Positions 8,952-16,819 of a stretch of 37,984 bases of DNA are shown here, piece by piece. The notes under the pieces are model-generated. The model saw only the letters and a program-made list of their open reading frames with translations, was not told where the DNA came from and ran no database searches. The position numbers and the translations under genes were made by a program. How positions within the stretch are numbered: position 1 is the stretch's first letter; each line of letters opens with the position of its first letter. Source of the stretch: Acidimicrobiales bacterium (GTDB lineage Bacteria > Actinomycetota > Acidimicrobiia > Acidimicrobiales > Acidimicrobilacustridaceae); NCBI GenBank assembly GCA_044236415.1, contig JBIIGP010000001.1:1-37984 (forward strand). The letters are read 5' to 3'.

Positions 8952-9743
8952 TTACTTCTTTCCCTTCTCGGACTCGGTTGCTCCACTGGAGCCCGCAGTC
9001 TTTCCTTCGGCGACAAAGTCGTCGCGCAGTTCATCGGATACACCAGAAAGATTCAGTTCGAACGTGAAACCCTGTTCGAATCGGTAGGACTTCTTGACGT
9101 CCCACAGGTCGATGCCGTTGAGGCTTTCCTTCGCGGCACGAATCACCGTGGGCGACTTGGCGGCGATGTTGCCGGCGATCTCGCGAGCAGCAGCAAGAAG
9201 TTCGTCGCGAGGAACAACTCGAGACACCGAACCCCATGCGTGGAGTTGTTGCGCCGTCGCGTTGGCCGATGTGTAGACCATTTCGCGCATCTTGTGCTGG
9301 GGGACGAGACGTGAAAGGTGCGTGGCTGCACCGAGTGCGCCACGGTCGACCTCGGGAAGCCCGAAGAAGGCATCGTCGGACGCAACGATGACGTCGGCAT
9401 TGCCGACCAGGCCGATACCGCCACCGACACAGAAGCCAGCGACTGCAGCAACGACCGGAACCTCGCACTCGTAGACCGCAGCAAAGGCGTGATAGCAGCC
9501 CTTGTTGGCCCCGATGAGGGCGTCGAAGCCCTCAGTGTTCTGCATTTCCTTGATGTCGACGCCGGCGTTAAAGCCACGACCCTCGGATCGGAGAATGACC
9601 GCCCGCACACTGCGATCGGCGCCAAGTCGGCGGATCTCGTCGCCGAGCTGGAACCACTCAGCCACGGTGAGGGCGTTAACCGGCGGACAGTTCTGCACGA
9701 CCTCGGCAATGCCGTCCGTGCCAACGGTGACTTCAATACCCAT
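8952..9743 (-). CDS. echA20: EchA20-like enoyl-CoA hydratase (HIP pathway)
   Basis: PPVNAL, GFNAGVDIKE, GGGIGLVGNAD, FGLPEVDRGALGAATHL and KSYRFEQGFTFELN. Its stop abuts the ipdA start. Confidence 0.92.
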   Translation of the reverse strand: MGIEVTVGTDGIAEVVQNCPPVNALTVAEWFQLGDEIRRLGADRSVRAVILRSEGRGFNAGVDIKEMQNTEGFDALIGANKGCYHAFAAVYECEVPVVAAVAGFCVGGGIGLVGNADVIVASDDAFFGLPEVDRGALGAATHLSRLVPQHKMREMVYTSANATAQQLHAWGSVSRVVPRDELLAAAREIAGNIAAKSPTVIRAAKESLNGIDLWDVKKSYRFEQGFTFELNLSGVSDELRDDFVAEGKTAGSSGATESEKGKK

Positions 9744-9752
9744 AGGGGGACG

Positions 9753-9781
9753 ACGCTAGCCGGTGACCTGCCAATCGTCAG
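9753..9781 (-). promoter_or_regulatory. Putative sigmaA promoter for the echA20-ipd operon
   Basis: Minus strand reads CTGACG-N17-TAGCGT, ending 9 nt before the ATG. No Shine-Dalgarno sequence. Confidence 0.5.
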
Positions 9782-9821
9782 ATGGGAGAGGCCCTCCGAG
9801 AAGCCTTCCCGGGCCCCGTTG

Positions 9822-9827
9822 TAGGGT
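9822..9827 (+). promoter_or_regulatory. Putative -10 element of a leaderless SDR transcript
   Basis: TAGGGT (TANNNT) lies 6 nt before ATG 9834, with no SD. Confidence 0.5.
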
Positions 9828-9833
9828 TCGACC

Positions 9834-10589
9834 ATGGCGCTTGAAATCGACCTCTCTGGACGTTCCGTCCTCATCACTGGCGGCACCAAAGGAGTTGGCC
9901 GAGGGATTGCCCAGCGGTTCGCTGATGCCGGGGCCACCGTCATCGTCTGTGCTCGTCGAGAGGCAGAGAACCCCCTTCCGGCCGATTGGCATTTCATCTC
10001 CGCCGATCTACGCGATGGCGATGCTGCCTATGCCGCGGTCGATGCAGCATTCGCCATCACTGGGCGCCTCGACTGCGTCGTGAACAACGCTGGTGGCTCG
10101 CCTCCCGCCGACTCGGCCGAGGCTCCCCCGAAGTTCACCCAGCGGATCGTTGAGCTGAATCTGCTCGCCCCGTATTACGTTGCCCAGCGCGCGCACCACC
10201 ACATGTCGAATCAGGCCGGTGGCGGTTCAATCGTCAACATCGGCAGTGTCGTCGCCAATCGCCCCTCCCCCACAACTGCCGCCTATGGCGCAGCCAAAGC
10301 GGGTCTTCTGCAGCTTTCGACCACTCTCGCCATGGAATGGGCCCCCAAGGTTCGCGTCAACACCATCACCGTTGGCCTCATCCTCACCGAACAAGCAGCG
10401 TTGTTCTACGGCGAGGGCGCAGAACGCGAACGAATCGAGTCCGGCATCCCGATGAGCCGCTTTGCGATGCCTTCCGATGTTGGCGACATCGCCGTGTATC
10501 TCGCCAGCGACCTCGCGGGCTACGTCACTGGTGCAGAGATCGCCGCGCACGGCGGCGGCGAACGACCACCGTTCCTCGGCGCCGACTGA
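9834..10589 (+). CDS. SDR oxidoreductase, Rv3549c-like
   Basis: TGGTKGVG, NNAGGSP, YGAAK, EWAPKVRVN and the C-terminal HGGGERPPFL. Divergent from echA20 as in M. tuberculosis. Confidence 0.88.
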   Translation: MALEIDLSGRSVLITGGTKGVGRGIAQRFADAGATVIVCARREAENPLPADWHFISADLRDGDAAYAAVDAAFAITGRLDCVVNNAGGSPPADSAEAPPKFTQRIVELNLLAPYYVAQRAHHHMSNQAGGGSIVNIGSVVANRPSPTTAAYGAAKAGLLQLSTTLAMEWAPKVRVNTITVGLILTEQAALFYGEGAERERIESGIPMSRFAMPSDVGDIAVYLASDLAGYVTGAEIAAHGGGERPPFLGAD

Positions 10590-10593
10590 GTCC

Positions 10594-11955
10594 ATGAGCG
10601 AACAACCACGTCAGGACACCGCGCAGGTTCAGGCCTGGCTTGAAACGAACCTCGGTAGCACCGTCACATCCATCTGGCGTCAGCCCCGTTGGCGGCCGGT
10701 GTGGTTCGCTGAAGTTGAACGCAATGGCGTCACGCAGTCGCTGGTCGTCCGCGGTGACCGCACCGACATGCCCCTCATCTTCCCGTTGCGCCACGAAATG
10801 ACGCTGCAAGCCATGTTGCATGAGCGCGACATTCCCACGCCTGCTGTCCTTGGGTGGATCGACGAGCCCATGGCCTATGTCATGGAACGCGTCGGCGGCC
10901 AGCAGCATTTCGAAAACACAAGCGATGCGGACCGAGCCTCGGCGGTTGACGACTATCTCCAGATCCTCGCCCGCATGCATGCGCTCGATGTTGAACCATT
11001 CGCCGCAGCTGGTATCCGGCGCGCAGAATCACCAGCACTCTCCGGGCTTCTCGGCCTGCGTCAGTACGAAACCGTGTATCGCTCAACCAAGAATGGTCCC
11101 GACCCGTTCATGGAGTTCTGCCTGGGTTGGTTGCGTCGCAATCCCCCACGGTCCAAAGGCCGCGAATCAGTTATTTGTTGGGATTCTGGCCAGTTCCATA
11201 ATGCCGACGGGAAGATCGTGGCAGTTCTCGATCTTGAAATCGGCCATATCGGCGACCCCATGATGGATCTCGCTGCATGGCGAATGCGCGACACCATCGT
11301 TGGCTACGGAGACTTCCCCACGTTGTACGCGCGCTACGAAGAACTTTCCGGCACCGAAATTGATCTCGACGCACTGATGCGTCATCACTTCGCATTCACA
11401 CTCACGAATCAACTGGCTCTCGGCCAAGCCGTTCGTCGACCAAATGTTGATACCGACCTCATGACGAACATGCAGTGGTGTTATGAGACCAATCTCTTTG
11501 CGACCGAAGCTTTGGCCGAGATCCTGCAGATCGAGTTGCCAACAGTCGAAGAGCCCGAGGTCCGCGAAGGCCGCGCTTCAACACCTGTCGAGCACATGGC
11601 AACTGTGTTGAAGTCATTGTCTGTGGGCGACGGCGCCGTCGACGATGAGTTCCTCAAGTACCGACTTCGAGCGTTGTTCCGAGAAGCTCGCCATGCGGCC
11701 CGCGCAATCGAAATCGGCGATCAGGTCAGTAACGACGATCTCGACGATCTTCATCGACTTCTCGGCCATCGTCCCGCCGATTGGTTCACCGGGGAAGCTG
11801 AACTCGAAGCATTCGTGCTGGCCGATGCAGAAACAGGAACTTACGACGAGGAACTTCTCGTGCTGTTCCACAAGCGCAACCTGCGCGCGCACCAACTTCT
11901 CGGGCCGCCCGGATCAGCGATGGCCACCCATCTGCCGATCCAGACATTCCGATAA
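10594..11955 (+). CDS. APH/phosphotransferase-family protein (LvaA/ACAD10-kinase-like), 453 aa
   Basis: LVVRGD, YVMERVGG, LARMHALD and AVLDLEIGHIGDPMMDLA. ATG 10594 lies 4 nt after the SDR stop. Confidence 0.8.
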   Translation: MSEQPRQDTAQVQAWLETNLGSTVTSIWRQPRWRPVWFAEVERNGVTQSLVVRGDRTDMPLIFPLRHEMTLQAMLHERDIPTPAVLGWIDEPMAYVMERVGGQQHFENTSDADRASAVDDYLQILARMHALDVEPFAAAGIRRAESPALSGLLGLRQYETVYRSTKNGPDPFMEFCLGWLRRNPPRSKGRESVICWDSGQFHNADGKIVAVLDLEIGHIGDPMMDLAAWRMRDTIVGYGDFPTLYARYEELSGTEIDLDALMRHHFAFTLTNQLALGQAVRRPNVDTDLMTNMQWCYETNLFATEALAEILQIELPTVEEPEVREGRASTPVEHMATVLKSLSVGDGAVDDEFLKYRLRALFREARHAARAIEIGDQVSNDDLDDLHRLLGHRPADWFTGEAELEAFVLADAETGTYDEELLVLFHKRNLRAHQLLGPPGSAMATHLPIQTFR

Positions 11956-11978
11956 ACAACGGGCAAACTCAGGCGCCG

Positions 11979-12740
11979 TTAGGCCCGCTGGCTGCTGACC
12001 GAAACGATTTCGCCGGTCATGTAGGAGCTGTAGTCAGAGGCCAAGAACATCATGACGTTGGCAACTTCCCACGGCTCCGCTGCGCGACCGAATGCCTCGC
12101 GCTTGGTGAGTTCCGCAAGCGTTTCTTCGGTGGTGGCTTTCGCCAGGAACGGATGCATCGCAAGACTCGGTGCGACGGCATTGATGCGTACATCGTGAGG
12201 CGCTGCTTCGATAGCGGCGCAACGAGTGAGGGCCATAACACCGGCTTTCGCAGCGGCGTAATGAGCCTGTCCTTCTTGGGCTCGCCAACCAAGCACCGAC
12301 GCGTTGTTGACGATCACGCCGCCACCGTTTGCGTAGAGGTACTGCATCTCGGCACGCATGCATCGGAACGTTCCGTTGAGGGTGACGTCAAGAACGAGGC
12401 TCCACTGATCGTCGGTCATCTCGACAATGGGAACCTCGCCACCGAGACCGGCGTTGTTGATGAAAATGTCGATGCCGCCGAGAGCGGCAGCTGCTCCTTC
12501 GACCAGCGCCTGCACATCCGACTCAACCGTTACATCGCAGGGAATACCAACGACACCGAGTTCTGCGGCTGATTCACCGCAGCGACGCTCGTGCTTGTCG
12601 GAGATAACCACCTGCGCGCCTTCTTCGATGGCGCGCTTTGCCGCTTGAAAGCCGATACCTGTTCCAGCGGCAGCAGTGACAAGCACCTTCTTGCCGGCAA
12701 GAAGCCCGTGACCGTTGACGTAGTTCGGTGGCGTGCTCAT
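11979..12740 (-). CDS. ipdF: IpdF-like SDR (HIP pathway)
   Basis: GHGLLAGKKVLVTAAAGTGIG, NNASVLGWRAQ, HYAAAK, EAFGRAAEPWEVA and the C-terminal VSVSSQR resemble Rv3559c. Confidence 0.9.
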   Translation of the reverse strand: MSTPPNYVNGHGLLAGKKVLVTAAAGTGIGFQAAKRAIEEGAQVVISDKHERRCGESAAELGVVGIPCDVTVESDVQALVEGAAAALGGIDIFINNAGLGGEVPIVEMTDDQWSLVLDVTLNGTFRCMRAEMQYLYANGGGVIVNNASVLGWRAQEGQAHYAAAKAGVMALTRCAAIEAAPHDVRINAVAPSLAMHPFLAKATTEETLAELTKREAFGRAAEPWEVANVMMFLASDYSSYMTGEIVSVSSQRA

Positions 12741-13921
12741 GCGGGGTTGGGCTCCTTAGGCAGACCAAGCACACGTTCACCCAACACATTGCGTTGAATT
12801 TCGTTGCTGCCGCCGTAAATGGTTTCGGATCGGGTGAACAGGAACATCTTTTGGTCGAGCGTGAGTTCGTAGGGGAAACCCTCGGCAATCATCGACTCGG
12901 TACCGCCAATATCCATGGCGAGTTCGCCGAGGTCGCTGTGCCAAGTGCCCCAGAACAACTTCGAAATTGACGCTTCAGGACCAGGAACTCCGGAACCCAT
13001 CGAACGCAGTGCATTCCATTGCATGAGTTTGAGGCCGATGTAGGCATCGGCAAGACGTTGACGCATGATCGGGTCTGCTGCTGAGCCCTTCTTCTTTGCT
13101 TCGGCAATCAGGTTGTCGAGTTCACGTTCGAACCCAACTTGCTGCGCCAGCGTTGAGATACCGCGCTCAAGCGCGAGCAAGTCCATAGCGACGCCCCAGC
13201 CCTTGCCCGGTTCGCCAACGATCATGTCTGCGTCGGTCACCGCATCGCTCAGGAAGACTTCGTTGAATTCGCCGCCTCCAGTGATCTGCACGATGATGCG
13301 CGTTTCGACGCCGGGCTGGTCCATGGGGACAAGCAGAAACGACAAACCCTTGTGGCGAGCCGAACCCACTTCGGTTCGGGCCACAACGAAACACCAATGC
13401 GAAACGTGGGCCAGTGACGTCCAGACCTTCTGTCCGTTGATAATCCATTGGTCGCCATCGAGCACGGCGCGGGTCTGCACATTGGCAAGATCAGAACCAG
13501 CATTGGGTTCCGAGTAACCCTGACACCAGCGCTCGTCGCCGCTGAGAATCGGAGGAAGGAACCGTTCGCACTGTTCCTTTGTGCCGTGTTCGATCAGCGT
13601 CGGCCCAAGGAGGTTTTCGCCCATGTGGTTGACGCGCCCCGGAGCCTGCGCTCGTGCGTATTCCTCGGCCCAGATGATCTGCTGGCTGACCGTGGCATTA
13701 CGTCCACCGAACTCGGTGGGCCAACCCAGACCGATCCAACCGGCGGCGCCCAGCACTTTTTCCCAACGTTCACGGATTTCGAATCCGACTTCTTCATCGC
13801 CGGGGCCACCGCGCCCCTTCAGGGACGCGAATTCTCCGACGAGGTTTTCGGCCAGCCATGATTTGGCGTCGGCACGGAATTCCTCGTCGGAGACGGTCGA
13901 GACATCTACGGGAAGGGCCAT
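12737..13921 (-). CDS. fadE30: Acyl-CoA dehydrogenase FadE30 (IpdE1)
   Basis: WLAENLVGEFASLKGRGGPG, WCQGYSEPNAGSDL, GQKVWTSLAH and TIYGGSNEIQRN. Lies upstream of ipdF, as Rv3560c does. Confidence 0.88.
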   Translation of the reverse strand: MALPVDVSTVSDEEFRADAKSWLAENLVGEFASLKGRGGPGDEEVGFEIRERWEKVLGAAGWIGLGWPTEFGGRNATVSQQIIWAEEYARAQAPGRVNHMGENLLGPTLIEHGTKEQCERFLPPILSGDERWCQGYSEPNAGSDLANVQTRAVLDGDQWIINGQKVWTSLAHVSHWCFVVARTEVGSARHKGLSFLLVPMDQPGVETRIIVQITGGGEFNEVFLSDAVTDADMIVGEPGKGWGVAMDLLALERGISTLAQQVGFERELDNLIAEAKKKGSAADPIMRQRLADAYIGLKLMQWNALRSMGSGVPGPEASISKLFWGTWHSDLGELAMDIGGTESMIAEGFPYELTLDQKMFLFTRSETIYGGSNEIQRNVLGERVLGLPKEPNPA

Positions 13922-13927
13922 GAGCCC

Positions 13928-13933
13928 ACTTTA
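13928..13933 (-). promoter_or_regulatory. Putative -10 element of a leaderless fadE30 transcript
   Basis: TAAAGT lies 6 nt before the ATG, with no SD. Confidence 0.45.
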
Positions 13934-13941
13934 GGACCCGA

Positions 13942-14835
13942 TCAATCCAGCTTTAGAACCCGAGCCGCATTGTCGTGGAGGAACTTCGGCCAAACGTTGT
14001 CATTGAACGGGACATCTCGCATCTCGGTCATGATCCGCTGCAGAGACAGACCCATCGGGAAATAGCCCGCATACATGATCTTGTCGGCGCCTCGGGTATT
14101 GGCGTAATCGATGATCCTCTGGTCGTAATGCTTCGGGGCAAAGGCCGAGGTTGAATAGTGCAGGCCCGGCCACTTGAGCATGAGCTTCACCATCAGCTCG
14201 GTCCATGGCTGGCAGCCGTGACGTGAGACATAGGTGAGTTCGGGGAAGTCGTACATGACCTCGTCGACATGCTCCACGTGCTGACACTGGAACTTCAACC
14301 GCGGACCAGGAATACCGGTGCACACGAACACAGGAATATCGAGCTCACAGGCCTTGGCGTAGATCGGGTACATCTTCTTGTCGTTGATTGCGACCTGGGG
14401 GAAACAACCCGCCGGGAACATGCTGATAGAACGCACGCCCCAGGTTTCATAGGCGCGAACAATGTTCTCGATGCCCGCCATTCCGTCGTTGGGATCGGCG
14501 CCAACAGAACCGACGAATCGACCGGGATAGCGCTTGATCGCCTCTTCGCCCGTTGCTTCGCCTTGACCTTCGCGGTGACCGACGCCGACCATGCCGACCG
14601 AGACGCCCCACTTGTCCATTTGGTCAAGCGTGTAGCCAACCGGATCATCGGATTCACGAACTTCTTTTTCCTTATCCGGCGGAGCCTTGAACATGTACTC
14701 GGCCGGAAACTCAAACTCTTCTTTGGACTGCGAGTCCTTGGTCTGCTTGGTAATGAACTCGTACTGCGCCTTCAGGTCGCGAGCCGGAAAGCCAATCATC
14801 GTGTCGATGACCGGAACATCGGTCGGCATAGCCAT
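13942..14835 (-). CDS. Amidohydrolase family 2 protein, 297 aa
   Basis: YPIYAKACELDIPV, DFPELTYVSRHGCQPW, KLMLKWPGLHYSTSAFAPKHY and FLHDNAARVL. ATG 14835 follows GGGGGA. Confidence 0.85.
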   Translation of the reverse strand: MAMPTDVPVIDTMIGFPARDLKAQYEFITKQTKDSQSKEEFEFPAEYMFKAPPDKEKEVRESDDPVGYTLDQMDKWGVSVGMVGVGHREGQGEATGEEAIKRYPGRFVGSVGADPNDGMAGIENIVRAYETWGVRSISMFPAGCFPQVAINDKKMYPIYAKACELDIPVFVCTGIPGPRLKFQCQHVEHVDEVMYDFPELTYVSRHGCQPWTELMVKLMLKWPGLHYSTSAFAPKHYDQRIIDYANTRGADKIMYAGYFPMGLSLQRIMTEMRDVPFNDNVWPKFLHDNAARVLKLD

Positions 14836-14916
14836 GTGAATTCCCCCTGGAATCGGCAACGGTTGTTTCGTTGACTTCGTCAATCTAGGACACCCCTCGT
14901 GGAGGGGCGAGTTACG

Positions 14917-14955
14917 ACAAAAAGAAATGTGGGGCGGGTTACCCCGCCCCACATT
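14917..14955 (-). terminator. Intrinsic terminator of ABC operon 1
   Basis: Minus strand reads AATGTGGGGCGGG-GTAA-CCCGCCCCACATT-TCTTTTT, a 13-bp perfect stem followed by a U tract. Confidence 0.85.
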
Positions 14956-14992
14956 AAGGATCCGCCACTACATCTTCATGAGAAAGCAGTGA

Positions 14993-15346
14993 CTACTTAC
15001 CTGCGATGCGATCGGCCGCTTCACGCTGTTCGAAGATGAGACGAACAAGCCAGAACCGGAAATAGCGACGCAGCGACATCACGATGAACAGGGCTGCACC
15101 GACAACAGCGAGGACGAGACCAAAGGTGCCCATTGCGACAAGGTCCTCAGTTTTTGCGCCTTTGCCGCTGCCTTGAAGAGTCAGCCAAGCGATGAGCGAA
15201 AGCACGATTCCCGCGATCATCAGCAGTGATCCGAGGATCAGCCATGTCCGTTCGGGATTGGCCTTTCCGCCATCTACCTTCATTGCATCGACTTCGCCCT
15301 GGAACTCCTGGAGGCGGGCCGACGGGGTGGTTTCAGTGTTACTCAT
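14993..15346 (-). CDS. Small two-TM membrane protein, 117 aa (paralog of 36106..36459)
   Basis: Preceded by a GGAGG RBS, has two hydrophobic helices, is the last gene of the ABC operon and aligns with the second copy. Confidence 0.85.
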   Translation of the reverse strand: MSNTETTPSARLQEFQGEVDAMKVDGGKANPERTWLILGSLLMIAGIVLSLIAWLTLQGSGKGAKTEDLVAMGTFGLVLAVVGAALFIVMSLRRYFRFWLVRLIFEQREAADRIAGK

Positions 15347-15371
15347 GTTTCCTCCGTTGTTCTGGCGTTAA

Positions 15372-16079
15372 TCAATGGGTTGTTCCGCCCAGATACGCCT
15401 CGGTCAGTTCCTCGGCGATCTCAGCGGGTGGTCCGGTACGAGTAATACGTCCGTGCAACATGATCGACGCAACCGTCGACACGCCCAGCACGGCTTGGGC
15501 GAACTGTTCCACCACAAGGATGGAGATTCCTTCGGCTGCCAATTCGGCAACTCGTTCGTAGAGCTCTTCGACGATCAATGGAGCTAAGCCCATTGAAAGT
15601 TCATCGAGGAGTAGAAGTGAGGGGTTCACCGCCAACGCACGCGACATTGCGAGCATTTGCTGCTCACCACCAGACATTGTTCCGGCGATTTGTTTGCGTC
15701 GTTCCTGCAAACGCGGGAACTGCCGGAAAGCGTTTTCCTGGATATCGGCGAACGACACACCAGCGTGGGTGAACATTCGCAGATTCTCGGTCACGGTCAG
15801 GTTCGGGAAGATCCCTCTGCCTTCAGGAACGAGGCAAACTCCGGCGCGAGCCAGCGCATCGCTACTCACCCCGTTGACTTCTCGACCGCTGATCAAAAGT
15901 TGTCCACCAGAAGGAATGATTTGACCACTGCAAACCCCAAGGGTTGTGGTCTTTCCAGCACCGTTTGGACCAAGCAACGCATGCACTTGGCCTGCTTCGA
16001 GTTTGAGATTGACTCCGTGCAACACGTCGATGGTTCCGTAGCCACCACGAATGTTGTTGAGTTCGAGGATCGGGGTCAC
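15372..16079 (-). CDS. livF: ABC ATP-binding protein, LivF-like
   Basis: GPNGAGKT, LVPEGRGIF, MSGGEQQMLAM, LLDELSMGLAP and VEQ. Confidence 0.9.
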   Translation of the reverse strand: MTPILELNNIRGGYGTIDVLHGVNLKLEAGQVHALLGPNGAGKTTTLGVCSGQIIPSGGQLLISGREVNGVSSDALARAGVCLVPEGRGIFPNLTVTENLRMFTHAGVSFADIQENAFRQFPRLQERRKQIAGTMSGGEQQMLAMSRALAVNPSLLLLDELSMGLAPLIVEELYERVAELAAEGISILVVEQFAQAVLGVSTVASIMLHGRITRTGPPAEIAEELTEAYLGGTTH

Positions 16080-16819
16080 GACGCCTCCACGACGGTTTCG
16101 GTTCCGAGATATGCAGCTTGTACCTGTGCATTCGCTTGTACTTCAGCAGGCGTGCCTGTTGCGATGATTGTGCCGAAGTCAAGGACATGAATGAACTGAC
16201 ATGTACCCATCACGAATGACATGTCATGTTCAACGAGCAGAACGCCCAGGCCTTCATCAACCAGTTTTCGAAGAAGGCTGGCCATCTCTTCGGTCTCTTC
16301 TTCGTTAAGTCCCGACGATGGTTCATCGAGAAGCAGCACTTTTGGATTTGATGCAAGTGCACGAGCAAGTTCAACAAGCCGTGCAGTTCCCGTCGGTAGG
16401 GTGCCGACCATGAACTCAGAAACATCGGAGAGCCCGACTTTTTCAAGGATTTCATTGCAGACCTGATTCGGATCAAAACCCGAACGGTCCCAAGTCTTGC
16501 GTTGTTCGGCAGCGACGAGGATGTTCTCGCGAGCAGAAAGACTTCCGAACACCTCAAGCTTCTGGAAGGTTCGCGCAATACCCAAGCGGGCTCGCTTGAA
16601 CGGATTCTTGTTGGTGATGTCCTTGCCATCGAAGAACACTTTGCCGGCGGTCGGTTCCTGCAAGCCGGTGATGACATTGAAGAGTGTGGTTTTGCCGGCA
16701 CCGTTTGGGCCGATCAAACCTGTGACTCGGCCCTCAACAACTTCGATAGAAGCTTGTGAGACGGCTTGAAGAACGCCGAAGCGAACGACAACGTCCTGCG
16801 TGCTGAGAATTGCACTCAT
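16076..16819 (-). CDS. livG: ABC ATP-binding protein, LivG-like
   Basis: GLIGPNGAGKTTLFN, GIARTFQ, LLDEPSSGL, VEHDM and the C-terminal VQAAYLG. Confidence 0.9.
   Translation of the reverse strand: MSAILSTQDVVVRFGVLQAVSQASIEVVEGRVTGLIGPNGAGKTTLFNVITGLQEPTAGKVFFDGKDITNKNPFKRARLGIARTFQKLEVFGSLSARENILVAAEQRKTWDRSGFDPNQVCNEILEKVGLSDVSEFMVGTLPTGTARLVELARALASNPKVLLLDEPSSGLNEEETEEMASLLRKLVDEGLGVLLVEHDMSFVMGTCQFIHVLDFGTIIATGTPAEVQANAQVQAAYLGTETVVEAS

Noticed and set aside
9767-9782. TGACG half-sites at 9776-9781 and 24166-24171 as a novel operator
   Set aside because: Both lie exactly 17 nt from TANNNT hexamers, so they are better explained as -35 elements.
10594-11955. Aminoglycoside resistance gene
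   Set aside because: The APH fold is shared with metabolic kinases, and the length, context and motifs do not match resistance APHs.
14836-14952. N-terminal extension of the amidohydrolase
   Set aside because: It runs through a terminator hairpin, and an RBS supports ATG 14835.
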